DNA of 57,567 bases from a virus (taxonomy: Duplodnaviria; Caudoviricetes), in IMG/VR virus record IMGVR_UViG_3300021600_000632, positions 1 through 57,567 of that record; one strand, 5' to 3'. Made by a program: the position numbers and the translations under genes. Positions 36,621 through 46,872 of this stretch are shown here, in pieces. The notes beneath the pieces were generated by a model, which saw only the letters and a program-made list of their open reading frames with translations, did no database searches and was not told where the DNA came from. Positions within the stretch are counted from its first letter, which is position 1; every line of letters starts with the position of its first letter.

Positions 36621-36800
36621 TTATAATTGACTATTTAAATCCTCAATAACAATTTTTATTATCTCCTTTTTTGTTCGACTCTTGCCCCTATAATATAAAT
36701 TCTCATAGATCGCTACGTGAGCATCAATATTCTCACTGATTATCTCGAGCAAGCTCGTGCCATTACGAATATCATCTCTAAGCGTTTTCTTTTTTATCAT
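36621..36800 (-). CDS. Small hypothetical protein
   Basis: Probable start MIKKKTLRDD inside the tracked ORF. Confidence 0.45.
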   Translation of the reverse strand: MIKKKTLRDDIRNGTSLLEIISENIDAHVAIYENLYYRGKSRTKKEIIKIVIEDLNSQL

Positions 36801-36969
36801 TGCTTTGATATTTAAACTTAAGCACCGAATAATTAGTAATAATTTTCTTGACCGTCTCCTGATCAATCTTACCGAGTTTGGCCACCATCTGAAAATCAAA
36901 CATATTGGTCTTGCCCGATAGCCTGACTTTTTCAAACGCCTCAAATTGTTGCTTTGAAATATTAATCAT
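36778..36969 (-). CDS. DUF5049-like small phage protein
   Basis: VRLSGKTNMFD motif; start MINISK chosen downstream of the terminator. Confidence 0.6.
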   Translation of the reverse strand: MINISKQQFEAFEKVRLSGKTNMFDFQMVAKLGKIDQETVKKIITNYSVLKFKYQSNDKKENA

Positions 36970-36992
36970 ATTGCGTTGGATGTTACCGTAGT

Positions 36993-37031
36993 AAAAAAAC
37001 CTTGGCAAGAGCCGAAACCATTGCCAAGGTT
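36993..37031 (-). terminator. Terminator ending the phage late operon
   Basis: AACCTTGGCAA..TTGCCAAGGTT followed by a T run, just after the amidase. Confidence 0.7.
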
Positions 37032-37045
37032 GCACGTATATTTGC

Positions 37046-37501
37046 CTATTTTTTGAACACATTCGAACTTACCAGACTGCGGACAAACATAATATCCATA
37101 TTCTTGCCTGGGCACGTCTTTTGAGCATAAGCCGAATGAAACACGATATTGTCCTTATTAATCCCATAACTTTTGACTAATTGCTTAAGCAAATCCCGCA
37201 ATGCGTAAATCTGCTCCGGTGTAGGTTTTTCAATATCGAAATTGCCATCCAAACATACATGAACACATTGCCCGCTGTTCATATTCGCCTGATAACAAGC
37301 TGCTGTTTGCTCACCGTCTTGTCTTGCTTGTCTCTTTAAGCCTGACTTGGCAATCTCATAATTATAACCAAGGTAAAAGCCCATTGAACTCTTAAAATTC
37401 CATTGAGCCTTGTGATAATTATTGTTCGCTTCAAACTGATCAGCGTTTAGCGTATACGAAACCGCCGAATGATGGATCATGATAAATTTAGGTTTTTGCA
37501 T
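37046..37501 (-). CDS. Endolysin, N-acetylmuramoyl-L-alanine amidase (Amidase_2-like)
   Basis: IMIHHSA, GYNY, H..KTCPG zinc ligands. Confidence 0.85.
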   Translation of the reverse strand: MQKPKFIMIHHSAVSYTLNADQFEANNNYHKAQWNFKSSMGFYLGYNYEIAKSGLKRQARQDGEQTAACYQANMNSGQCVHVCLDGNFDIEKPTPEQIYALRDLLKQLVKSYGINKDNIVFHSAYAQKTCPGKNMDIMFVRSLVSSNVFKK

Positions 37502-37502
37502 A

Positions 37503-37736
37503 TTAGTGTCTTAAAAATTCGTAAATTAGATTGGCAATATTACCAAGCCCCAAAAGACCTAAAAGCCACTTGAGATTTTTAATTGTTGTGGAAACTTCAA
37601 TCCTAAAGGCGGTGTTTTTCATAACATTGCCATTAGTAAAATCAAGTCTTTTTTTAATCTCATCATGCTCGCTTGAGTTACCATCTTTAAAATCGTTTAT
37701 TTTGTCGAGAATTAAATCGAGTTTGCTGGTTGCCAT
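37503..37736 (-). CDS. Coiled-coil + single TM protein of the lysis module
   Basis: Start MATSKLD; C-terminal WLLGLLGLG helix. Confidence 0.6.
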   Translation of the reverse strand: MATSKLDLILDKINDFKDGNSSEHDEIKKRLDFTNGNVMKNTAFRIEVSTTIKNLKWLLGLLGLGNIANLIYEFLRH

Positions 37737-37737
37737 A

Positions 37738-37902
37738 CTATTGATTGCCAAAATATTTTTTATAGAAACCTCGGGCAAAAAACACCCCAACACCGACCAG
37801 CATTAAAACCGACCCAGCGATAAGATCAGTCTTGATCAGACTGACACCTGTGCTAACGAAGATAACGGCAACCGTAAGTAAAAACTCTTTTGTGTAATCC
37901 AT
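37738..37902 (-). CDS. Holin-like 2-TM protein (54 aa)
   Basis: Not in ORF track; MDYTKEFLLTVAVIFVSTGVSLIKTDLIAGSVLMLVGVGVFFARGFYKKYFGNQ; basic C-tail. Confidence 0.65.
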   Translation of the reverse strand: MDYTKEFLLTVAVIFVSTGVSLIKTDLIAGSVLMLVGVGVFFARGFYKKYFGNQ

Positions 37903-37914
37903 ATGTTTTATTAA

Positions 37915-40161
37915 TTAAATTATCCTAACAATATTCAATGTTGCCTGTGCGTTACCATTTGCCCATGCATCGGCATACGCTCCAGCCGTATTGGATATAA
38001 AAATCTGATCACCTGCTGATAACTGAATAACAAATGAATAGGTCAAATCAGTAATGATCGTGCCACCAATTTCATTCGTCCCCTGACTCTGATACAAAAC
38101 ATTATTCTTATATAAACCAATTCTTGCACCCATATCACCACTGCTATAATTTATGAATAAATAAGTAATACCGGTAACCAAATACACTCCGCTATTCTTG
38201 GCTGTGAATTTTCCAGTAGTCGGATCATACTCATTCATGTTGTCTGCAATTTTATTCTCAAACTTGATCGGACTGCCAAATCCGAAACTAACCTGTGAAT
38301 TGCGGTAATAGGCGCAAAAACTGCCCGAGGGTAAAACTGCTGACGGAATCTCCCCTTTATCATTCAACTTGGCAATCTTGTTATAATCAGAATAACCTGC
38401 CACCTCAATTGCGTTGCTCGCACAATCAAGATATGAAGTTGCTCCATTACCGGTGATGTCCGTACCGGCACTAGGTGCTAATAACTTCAATATCGATCCG
38501 TTAGCCGCTTTTGTGGATGTAATCTCGAATCTGTTGGCCGTAGCATTAAACACACAAGTCTCGGTTGATCCAGTTACCAACCTCAACCTTGATTGCAAAA
38601 TAAATGCCACATCTGCAAGTGTTGCAATGCTTAGCCAAGGATATCCTGACATTGAAAATTGTACATTCGCATTCTGCCACGCTCCATTGTATGCCTGACC
38701 GTTAGTATAACTGTAATAACCTGAACGATACTCAAATCTCGCACCTACATTTGCCGAGAACGTAAAGCAATAAGTTTGTCCCCTCACAACCTGAACGGGA
38801 GTGGCAAATGTCCATGTGCAAGGCAAAGTCCCTGATCCAGGTGAACCTTGATAGGCTGTGGCAATAATTGTGCCATTCATGTCCTTGCCGTTTCTAACAT
38901 ACATATAACCATCACCATTGCCCCAATAATCTGCTGTAACAGTAATTGAAGTGATGCAGCCGGTATCATTGGCCAAGAACGATTGACCAGCATAACCGCC
39001 ACCATTAAACGAACCGCCACCGTTGCCGATCATGCCAGCAATTGTCGTCTGAACATTGTTCAACAAATCAATAGCCACATTATCGTAAACATTGCCATCG
39101 ACTGAAATCTTGATCTTGCCATTATTAGCACCATTGGCTAAAGCCTGCCAAACTGCAATAGCACTTAGAGTTTTACCACCAAGCAACTTGCCCAAAATAT
39201 TGATCGTATGACCAACTCCAGCAACTTCTGTCGCATGACTAGCACAATCCAAATACAAAGTCCCGCCATTGCCACTAATATCAACTCCACTGCTCGGGGC
39301 CATTAATTTTAAGACCTGACTTGCTTGCCCAGTGATGCCAGAAGTGATGACATATCTACCATTTGCAAATTTAACTGTTTCCAGTCCGCAAGTGATTGCC
39401 CTGATACCAGCCTGAACGGCAGAAGATATAGTTGTCGTGGTGTGATTGCCAAAAGTCTTGCCCATGACCTCAAACGTAATATCTTCACCTGAATAAGAAG
39501 TGCCATTATACCAACACTGCCCGCCAGCGTATGGATTGGTTTGTGCTCTAGCGATGGTCGCATTGTTCGTGCAAGTTCCTAGTTTTAAAACGTAGGTCTG
39601 TCCAGCGGTCACATTTAATGGCGTAGTGAGCGTAAAGGTGAACCAACCAGCCGCATTGACTGGCGAGGTAATAGTTACCGACTGCGTGTAAACAACTGAA
39701 CCACCACCCGGCACCGAACCTGATCTAATTTCAAAAGTTGTAACCGGTGCCGTGCCACCGACATTAGCAAAATAAACCTTGAATGCTGTTAATTGCAACA
39801 TGCCTGCCGGTATGGTTATCATTTGCTCGACTGCCCCACTATTTAAAATAAACGACACACCGCCATTCACGAGTTGTGAAATTAAATTGCTTTCTGCCGA
39901 ATACTGAAAAAGATTGACTGCCACATTGTCATAGATTGCATTATCAACACTGATCTTAAATTTTCCACTATTTGCACCCTGACCTAAAGCATCAAAAACC
40001 GTTGTTGCACTAGGACTGGTGCCACCATTCAGATAGCCGGCACTTGTATTAATAATGCCGTCAATTATTTCTCGCCTAACAGACAACTCATTGTTCAAAT
40101 CAGATGCGTATAATTTCTCACCAGCTACCCATTTTTTAGTTATAAAACCTAATAAGCCCAT
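37915..40161 (-). CDS. Tail fibre/receptor-binding protein with two internal repeats and C-terminal C1q-like domain
   Basis: G/T/N-rich; duplicated module; YDPTTGKFTA..GVYLV..L.AGD C1q pattern. Confidence 0.78.
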   Translation of the reverse strand: MGLLGFITKKWVAGEKLYASDLNNELSVRREIIDGIINTSAGYLNGGTSPSATTVFDALGQGANSGKFKISVDNAIYDNVAVNLFQYSAESNLISQLVNGGVSFILNSGAVEQMITIPAGMLQLTAFKVYFANVGGTAPVTTFEIRSGSVPGGGSVVYTQSVTITSPVNAAGWFTFTLTTPLNVTAGQTYVLKLGTCTNNATIARAQTNPYAGGQCWYNGTSYSGEDITFEVMGKTFGNHTTTTISSAVQAGIRAITCGLETVKFANGRYVITSGITGQASQVLKLMAPSSGVDISGNGGTLYLDCASHATEVAGVGHTINILGKLLGGKTLSAIAVWQALANGANNGKIKISVDGNVYDNVAIDLLNNVQTTIAGMIGNGGGSFNGGGYAGQSFLANDTGCITSITVTADYWGNGDGYMYVRNGKDMNGTIIATAYQGSPGSGTLPCTWTFATPVQVVRGQTYCFTFSANVGARFEYRSGYYSYTNGQAYNGAWQNANVQFSMSGYPWLSIATLADVAFILQSRLRLVTGSTETCVFNATANRFEITSTKAANGSILKLLAPSAGTDITGNGATSYLDCASNAIEVAGYSDYNKIAKLNDKGEIPSAVLPSGSFCAYYRNSQVSFGFGSPIKFENKIADNMNEYDPTTGKFTAKNSGVYLVTGITYLFINYSSGDMGARIGLYKNNVLYQSQGTNEIGGTIITDLTYSFVIQLSAGDQIFISNTAGAYADAWANGNAQATLNIVRII

Positions 40162-40164
40162 ATA

Positions 40165-40374
40165 TTATTCTTTGAAATCATCGGTCTTGGCTCTGCCAAC
40201 CAATTCATTCGTTTTAGCATTCTTAAGAAAATGGCAAGGTTTAACCTGCTTGTCGAACTTCTCTATGTGACCATCCAAATCGGCACTGACAACCTGATGT
40301 TCAAAACCCAATTCCGAAACCACCTTATACGCCTCAAGTTCATCACTGACTTCGATTTTTATCTTTAAAATCAT
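40165..40374 (-). CDS. Hypothetical phage protein
   Basis: 69-aa ORF in the tail operon. Confidence 0.55.
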   Translation of the reverse strand: MILKIKIEVSDELEAYKVVSELGFEHQVVSADLDGHIEKFDKQVKPCHFLKNAKTNELVGRAKTDDFKE

Positions 40375-40375
40375 A

Positions 40376-40933
40376 TTAAGCGTTTAATAAAGTGTATTTG
40401 CATGAAACAACCAAAACCACTGTGTTTGTCTTAACCCAATTCAGCCCAGCAATATGTGACCATAATTGACCAGTATTTGCCCCAGCTAAACCATCGATGC
40501 AATTGCCAAATTCGGTATAAGTACCAACACACTCGGTCTCGGTAAAATAGCCGGTCAGATAAGACACCTTGCCTGATGCTGTTGCACTTGCTGTATTGTT
40601 GCGATAAGTTTCGGTAAACAACTGCGTATCGGTTTCAGCTGGTGTACCACTGCCAGTGCCTAAAATCATTTTATTGATAATGCCGGTATAGGTTGTATCT
40701 CCCGCCAAACGACGTGCTACTGCATTAAAACCATTAGCACAAATAACATTTTTAATCTCTTCAGCTCTTACTAATTGCCCCAGCTGATATAATTTCATGA
40801 TTGACGGCTGGTATTTGCGACATTTCAATAAAACCTTATTCAAAGCCACCTGCCATTCTGCTAAATTGCTCTGATCGTAAAACTCGGCTTTGATTTCTCC
40901 TGTCGCTCCAATATTTTGATCTAACTTGTTCAT
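40376..40933 (-). CDS. Minor tail/baseplate protein
   Basis: LGTG..DTQL.TETYR..TEFG pattern of tail-fibre anchoring domains; position. Confidence 0.6.
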   Translation of the reverse strand: MNKLDQNIGATGEIKAEFYDQSNLAEWQVALNKVLLKCRKYQPSIMKLYQLGQLVRAEEIKNVICANGFNAVARRLAGDTTYTGIINKMILGTGSGTPAETDTQLFTETYRNNTASATASGKVSYLTGYFTETECVGTYTEFGNCIDGLAGANTGQLWSHIAGLNWVKTNTVVLVVSCKYTLLNA

Positions 40934-40939
40934 ATATTT

Positions 40940-42442
40940 CTAGTTTAAAGTTGTTCTGTCCAAACATAGTTCACGCTTAGGATCGGTCTGACTGGTCGGC
41001 ACATACGGTGCTAACACGAAATCTGGTCTAACCCCTGCTCCAAACGGATCCTTTATAATATCCTCAGAAATGCCAGCTGACTGCACATCAGCCATTTTAA
41101 TTTTTAACGAAATATCCTCACTAACACCCACTTCTTCATTCAAAACATAATACTTCTTCAATACTGCATTCTCATTTAAAACCAACCTCTTGTTTTGATC
41201 AGTCAAAAGTTTCTGCAAGAAACTGATAATGCCCAAAGTTCTCATGGTGGCAAGTTCTGCCGTCCATTCCCCCTGACTGGCGGTCAACATCTTAAGCGAC
41301 ACCCGCATGATCAAAAAGTTTTCTGATATATTTCTGTTAGCCAAATCAATCTGAATAGTCTGCCCTGATGACAAACCACTCCTGTATGTCCTGAAACTGC
41401 CCTCCCTGATCGTATTAGCGTATGCTCCCAGCTGTGCCTCGCCATACATCTTCGCCTCTTCTGCACTTTTGATATTGGTGTCCACCTTGCTGAACTCAAA
41501 CCGCCCATATTGAGCAATGCTGATCTCATCCTCAACTTGCACCATAATCGGAATCAAATACTTTCCACTAAACTCAATAACTGCATTGTTTGCTGGTGCA
41601 TTTACAAAACGAATATATTTCTCATTGAAACTCCATAAACAATCGAAGTCTGCATCGTTATCCAAAAAATCCACGCCAACCCTAACTGCAACATTGCTCA
41701 CCTTAACCGTAGGCTTGTTTGAAAATTTAAAATCAGTCGGAAAGCTCTTCTTTGAACCATTGCCCACATAAGTCGTGGTTCTCGGGTTATCTGAAGTAAT
41801 CTCACCACCCTCAATGACCACGACATTCCGTAACTGGCTCAAATCGCTATCAATCACCAAACTGTCGCGAATATAGACTGTACTATCGGCATCGGTTAAA
41901 TCAAACGGTGCTGGTTTGTCATTCTTGGCAAACAAATGAATGTCTTTGTCATAATCAATATACCAACTGTAATTCAACAATTCGCATATTTCCGAGATGC
42001 ACTTGCTCACGCTCAACTGATCAAAAACAATTGTGGTGATTGAAATATTGCAATTTAAATTGTGACCAGTAATGCCTGAACCTACTAAATAATTGGTAAT
42101 AATAAAACTAACAACCTGATTGCCGGTCTTATTATCAAACCGCTCTGTCACTAAAATCCTGTCCAAGTCCAAGGTGTAGTCCTTAGCCTCAATTTCATAA
42201 AAATTAACATCGCCTGAACTAGAACTAGCCACCCTGATAATCCTCCCGCCAAATATCTTCAATACCCCATCATAAACCTCGACCGTATCACTTATAGACG
42301 GCTTGAAACTCTGCCCTTCATAAACTCTGATCGTGAAATTGCACAAATTCGGTTGTTCATTAATATTGTCCTCAATGCCAAAACTCTCCCAATCGATCAG
42401 GTTCGTTTTATCTGAATTGTTGATTTTTACAATCACATTCAT
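40940..42442 (-). CDS. Tail hub/baseplate protein
   Basis: Follows tape measure; WYIDYDK, SIAQYG..E motifs. Confidence 0.7.
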   Translation of the reverse strand: MNVIVKINNSDKTNLIDWESFGIEDNINEQPNLCNFTIRVYEGQSFKPSISDTVEVYDGVLKIFGGRIIRVASSSSGDVNFYEIEAKDYTLDLDRILVTERFDNKTGNQVVSFIITNYLVGSGITGHNLNCNISITTIVFDQLSVSKCISEICELLNYSWYIDYDKDIHLFAKNDKPAPFDLTDADSTVYIRDSLVIDSDLSQLRNVVVIEGGEITSDNPRTTTYVGNGSKKSFPTDFKFSNKPTVKVSNVAVRVGVDFLDNDADFDCLWSFNEKYIRFVNAPANNAVIEFSGKYLIPIMVQVEDEISIAQYGRFEFSKVDTNIKSAEEAKMYGEAQLGAYANTIREGSFRTYRSGLSSGQTIQIDLANRNISENFLIMRVSLKMLTASQGEWTAELATMRTLGIISFLQKLLTDQNKRLVLNENAVLKKYYVLNEEVGVSEDISLKIKMADVQSAGISEDIIKDPFGAGVRPDFVLAPYVPTSQTDPKRELCLDRTTLN

Positions 42443-42443
42443 A

Positions 42444-44078
42444 CTAGCCGAGCAAATTGCTTGCTTTAAGTTTCTTAATCATCATGTCACCGATTTTCTC
42501 TGCACTCTGCCTATCCAAAAAAGTATTGCCTGACATATTGATCACAATGCTCCCACTACCGCCTAAACGATTATTCGGCACGATATTGCCACCACCGCTC
42601 GGCACAAACAACTCGGGTCCCTGTTCACCCACCAAATAAGCCTGCCCGCCAAAAACACTGCCACCGCCCGCCCTTGCACCGCCGAACCCCAGCATTCCAC
42701 TGACTGCATTCTTGGCATTGGACACGATGTTCAAACTGTTCAACTTATTAATCAGATTATCGATATATCCAATAACTGATGAAATAACGCCTGTTACACT
42801 TTCCCAGCCTGCCTTGAAAAAATTGATCCATTGCACCACCTTCTCGATAACAACCGTTAAACCCTGAATCAGAACAATCAAGTTGACCTCAATGATTTTG
42901 GTAACGGCAATTAATGCCCCAAGTAAGATAATGCCAATAACCTTGGCCAAGGTTTCCAAAAATGGCTGAAGTGGCAATAATGCTTGCCATAACTTCTGCA
43001 ATTCCGGTGATAAATTCTGCCTAAATACCAAGGCGATATTATTCCAAGAGTTCTGAAAGATATCGAGCAAACCCTTATAGTCATTAATTATCTTCATGCC
43101 ATCCTTGAACAAATCCGACAATTTTTTGTAAACATCAATCACCTCGATCACAATCGCCCGCATAACCTGAAATGACTGCAATATGACCTGCCCAATAAGC
43201 CTTGCTGTTTCCTTTAATTTCGGATTGACTTCATTGTCGCTGGTATACGCCCAATTTCTGAACGACTTGATTGCCTCGTAAACATAGGTAACCAATGGCT
43301 TCATAGCATCATCGAGTAAATCACCCAAGATGAGCTTTAAACTGACAATGCCGTCCTGAACTGACATCGATAACTTATACCAACTGCCCATTGCCTCGTG
43401 ATATGACCCCTGCATGCGAGTAGCCTCCTGAACGACTGCGTTATACATTGCCTGCGTTTTTTGAGCATAAGTCATCTGACTTGTTTTGATGCCCAAGGCT
43501 TTGGAAAAATCACCGTAAACTTTGATCAGATTAACTTCAATACCATACTCACTCAACAATTCCGGTCGCAATTTAATAATTGACTCCATCATCGCCTTAA
43601 TAGCATCGTTTGAATTCTTGTTCGAAGCGGCTGCAACATCACGACCACGAGTCACCAGCTCCAAGGCTTGCTTTTCGTTCATGTGGGTCATGATTGCCGT
43701 TTTGGTCAAATCAATAGCCGTCAACATGTCCTTGTTTTCATCCCTGATACTTTTGACCAAGCCATCGATCTGCTGGCGTGTCCAATCATTATTCTTGCCC
43801 AAATTATAGATAACAGCTTTTGACTGCTCTAACTGACCAGACAAGCCAATACTCTCCTTCACCAAGTCCGTAAACCCGCTGGCGACCTTAGTGACAATGC
43901 TGGCAAAAGCGTTATATGCCAAATTACCAACAGCCACTGCTTTTGTCATCACGCCAAAAGAGTCTGACGATTGTTTAACATTGTCATTCATGTTATTCAT
44001 CGCCAAACCAACCTTTTTAATCTCGCCTGATGCTTCATCAACTGCCTTTAATATAATTTGTAGCTCTCTATTTTCCAT
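42444..44078 (-). CDS. Tape measure protein
   Basis: IILKAVDEAS start, helical body, RAGGG..YLVGEQGPELFVP. Confidence 0.9.
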   Translation of the reverse strand: MENRELQIILKAVDEASGEIKKVGLAMNNMNDNVKQSSDSFGVMTKAVAVGNLAYNAFASIVTKVASGFTDLVKESIGLSGQLEQSKAVIYNLGKNNDWTRQQIDGLVKSIRDENKDMLTAIDLTKTAIMTHMNEKQALELVTRGRDVAAASNKNSNDAIKAMMESIIKLRPELLSEYGIEVNLIKVYGDFSKALGIKTSQMTYAQKTQAMYNAVVQEATRMQGSYHEAMGSWYKLSMSVQDGIVSLKLILGDLLDDAMKPLVTYVYEAIKSFRNWAYTSDNEVNPKLKETARLIGQVILQSFQVMRAIVIEVIDVYKKLSDLFKDGMKIINDYKGLLDIFQNSWNNIALVFRQNLSPELQKLWQALLPLQPFLETLAKVIGIILLGALIAVTKIIEVNLIVLIQGLTVVIEKVVQWINFFKAGWESVTGVISSVIGYIDNLINKLNSLNIVSNAKNAVSGMLGFGGARAGGGSVFGGQAYLVGEQGPELFVPSGGGNIVPNNRLGGSGSIVINMSGNTFLDRQSAEKIGDMMIKKLKASNLLG

Positions 44079-44549
44079 TTTGTGCTTCTCTTATTTCCAT
44101 AATGAATGCGAACACACCCCTGATGAATTCGACTTTTTGCCCTAAAAACTCCTCTTCAGTCCAGCCCATCTCTTTGCATAAAAACAACTTAATTGTCTGC
44201 TGATTCCACTCACTATATCGGACTGCCCGCTTTATCTCATAAACTAATTCGGAGTTACCGCTAAAAAACTCTTTAAGAATGAAAGATTGTCCTGAATGAA
44301 CTTCAAATCAGTAAAACCCAATAAATTGACCGAATTGAAATCTACTGGCAACCTTGACCCATCTTCACCCTCTGCATCCCATTCGATAATCAAGCGAGTA
44401 ATCATGGCAATCATCTTCTTGAACTCTGATTGCTCCCCTTCCAATGCCTCAAGATCGCCTGCCAACAAACCGTCCTTGATCTTTACCGTAATGCCACTCT
44501 CGGGCAAAACTAAATCTTTTATAACTCTCGTGTCTCTTAATACCGGCAT
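44068..44549 (-). CDS. Tail assembly chaperone: G form 44244-44549; GT form via -1 frameshift to 44068
   Basis: T TTT TTA at 44262-44268; -1 frame open to TAG at 44068-44070 and encodes LCKEMGWTEEEFLGQ. Confidence 0.8.
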
Positions 44550-44553
44550 ACGT

Positions 44554-45531
44554 TTAGTAATTAGTTTCTAAATTAGTTAATACCGCCTCAATGCTTTTCG
44601 AGTCGGTGGATGAATACAAGCCCTTGAATCCAACCGTCACTTTGACAATGTCATTATTGTCACCACCCTCGACTGGATCCTTAAACTTGATCTTTGCCAA
44701 ATCAATCTTTAATCTCGGATTGCTTGAAGTGCCAATAGTCTTGGAGCTATTAACAATATCAATTCGCAAGGCTTTCTGCGTGCCATTTAAGGCATAATCC
44801 TTGAGCGTGGTATCCTTGAACAGAATCTCAAGCGTACCTTCGATTGATAACTCCTTATTCAAGAAGTCATTCGGTTCATTTGTCCCCAATCGCTTGTCCT
44901 CCTCCAAGTTTTTCGCAATCGTCAAGGTAATCTTGCGGGCATCAATAGACGTAGCCGAATCAAGCCCTGATAAGCTATCAGCTAGCTTAATGCTGACATC
45001 TTTGCCCATGAAGTAATTCTCGGTCACATAACCTGCACTATTAGCCGATACTGCACTTGTCTTGCCCTTTAACTTAGCCTCAAACTTCACATAATCATGG
45101 GCTTGGCTCTCAATCTTCAAACTTTCAATCACACAATTGCCATAAGCCTTCTGCTCCACATCACCCCTTTTAACCTCAATCGTTAAGGTCGGGTGTTTAG
45201 CCGACTGCAAGACTGAAAAGGTGTGATCATAAACCGTCACATCACCCACCTTGGCAACACTCGACACCTGACCCAATGCCCCTAAAATAAACAAACCGAA
45301 ACTCTTATCAAATGCCTCACCTTGAATCTGACCATCGGAATATTTATTCTTAATGATCATATCTTCCGAATCCTCAATGACTCCGCAAGCCCGCTCACTG
45401 ACCACCGTCTCAATCTTGTCATTGTATTCAGCCGTCAATGGTTTTAACCAATACTTCGGCACGACTTTCGTACCTCGAACAGTTTCCCGCCCGATACCAA
45501 TATTATATTTTCTCTTGATTGACTCGCTCAT
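44554..45531 (-). CDS. Major tail tube protein
   Basis: IGIGRETVRGT start, YDHTF, TLTIE; position. Confidence 0.85.
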   Translation of the reverse strand: MSESIKRKYNIGIGRETVRGTKVVPKYWLKPLTAEYNDKIETVVSERACGVIEDSEDMIIKNKYSDGQIQGEAFDKSFGLFILGALGQVSSVAKVGDVTVYDHTFSVLQSAKHPTLTIEVKRGDVEQKAYGNCVIESLKIESQAHDYVKFEAKLKGKTSAVSANSAGYVTENYFMGKDVSIKLADSLSGLDSATSIDARKITLTIAKNLEEDKRLGTNEPNDFLNKELSIEGTLEILFKDTTLKDYALNGTQKALRIDIVNSSKTIGTSSNPRLKIDLAKIKFKDPVEGGDNNDIVKVTVGFKGLYSSTDSKSIEAVLTNLETNY

Positions 45532-45692
45532 ATATTTTCTTGATTAATTATTTGATTTAACTGCTCATCGGCATCCTCTTTATTCAATGCCTTGATCGTG
45601 ATGTTAAACTCCGGATAATTAAACTCGATTAATTCCTCACGTTTCTCCGGTCTGATTGATTTGTCTTCAATCTCGCTTTTTTTAATAGACAT
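45528..45692 (-). CDS. Small hypothetical protein (54 aa)
   Basis: Not in track; MSIKKSEIEDKS..FNYPEFNITIKA..; ATGA overlap with tail tube gene. Confidence 0.6.
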   Translation of the reverse strand: MSIKKSEIEDKSIRPEKREELIEFNYPEFNITIKALNKEDADEQLNQIINQENI

Positions 45693-45696
45693 AGTT

Positions 45697-46107
45697 TTAA
45701 TTTAATTGTTTAAGTTTTGTGCAAACGACTTCTAACTGTAAAACCCGCATGAGCAACTCCCGATCATCCCAAGCATATGAACTAATAACCGACACATCAT
45801 CACAAATTCCTCCCAAGGTGTCATCTTCATCAAACATATCGTCAATCCGATCACCAATCGCAATAATCACATCCTCACCTGACTCCTGACCCCTAGCCTC
45901 CTGATTAATCTCCTGAAATATCTGCACTTTGAATTTATAGGTTTTCTTAACCGTCTTAATACTCTCCCGCTGTTTAGTGTTATCACTGCCCAAAATGACT
46001 GCTGTCGGAAATTTCGTGAAATGCCCCTTGTTATACTTGAATACCGCCTCAATGCCCTCCATGTTATATAACTTCGTGTATAAGGCGTTTAATATTTCTG
46101 ATCTCAT
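45697..46107 (-). CDS. Tail terminator/completion protein
   Basis: Position; D.TLGG motif. Confidence 0.65.
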   Translation of the reverse strand: MRSEILNALYTKLYNMEGIEAVFKYNKGHFTKFPTAVILGSDNTKQRESIKTVKKTYKFKVQIFQEINQEARGQESGEDVIIAIGDRIDDMFDEDDTLGGICDDVSVISSYAWDDRELLMRVLQLEVVCTKLKQLN

Positions 46108-46565
46108 ATGCGTTTGATTATATTTTCTAAAACTTGGCTGAATATTTGTCTGACTTCCCCCTCCGCACTTGCTACCGTTCGTTCAACAAACGGATTCGGC
46201 TTTGTGCCTTTTTTGGCAATCGACCGCTGAACTGCGTATGGATTAATGCCTTTCTTAATCGCCCAAATCCTCAAAGGATCTCGTGGATTTTTAACCGACA
46301 CATAATGTGGTGGCGTACCTTCGTGAACATCAATGGCGTAATTCTTATCCGGTGCAATGGTCACATTATTCGGTACCAACCTCATCATGATACTTTGCCG
46401 TAATTGCCCACTGACACCAATTGGCACTTCTTCCTTCTCAATGCGAGTGATTAATTTACCCGCTCGCTCCAAGCCGTCCTGTATTTCCTGATCGGCTATG
46501 CTCGGAAACTGTCGAAATACCTCCCTAATTTCGTTTAAATTTTCAAGATGTATTTCAAATGGCAT
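46104..46565 (-). CDS. HK97 gp10-like tail component
   Basis: VP..SGQLRQSI, YA.DVHEGT, GTKPNPF; start MPFEI. Confidence 0.75.
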   Translation of the reverse strand: MPFEIHLENLNEIREVFRQFPSIADQEIQDGLERAGKLITRIEKEEVPIGVSGQLRQSIMMRLVPNNVTIAPDKNYAIDVHEGTPPHYVSVKNPRDPLRIWAIKKGINPYAVQRSIAKKGTKPNPFVERTVASAEGEVRQIFSQVLENIIKRI

Positions 46566-46566
46566 A

Positions 46567-46872
46567 TTAATTACTTGGCTTATATATAATCGCTTCAGTC
46601 CATCTAAGAGCCTTATCTCCAACCCTTACAATATTTTTAATTATATATTCTACCCCTTCGCAGATTAATTTATCAGTTTCGTTAATATCGATTTTCTGAT
46701 CAGCATACAATTTGGCCATCTTGGCCGGATTACCTTCACTTATAAGCAAATCTTCAGCTTTTATCTGCCTGATAGATACCTTGCATTCTCCGTAATATTC
46801 GTACGCCTCCTTGGTCTTGCCTTGATCACTGACTAATCGGTAAATCATTGCTTTTTGTTTGAAGTCATTCAT
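46567..46872 (-). CDS. Head closure/head-tail adaptor
   Basis: Size and position; D.L..G.EY.I. Confidence 0.6.
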   Translation of the reverse strand: MNDFKQKAMIYRLVSDQGKTKEAYEYYGECKVSIRQIKAEDLLISEGNPAKMAKLYADQKIDINETDKLICEGVEYIIKNIVRVGDKALRWTEAIIYKPSN

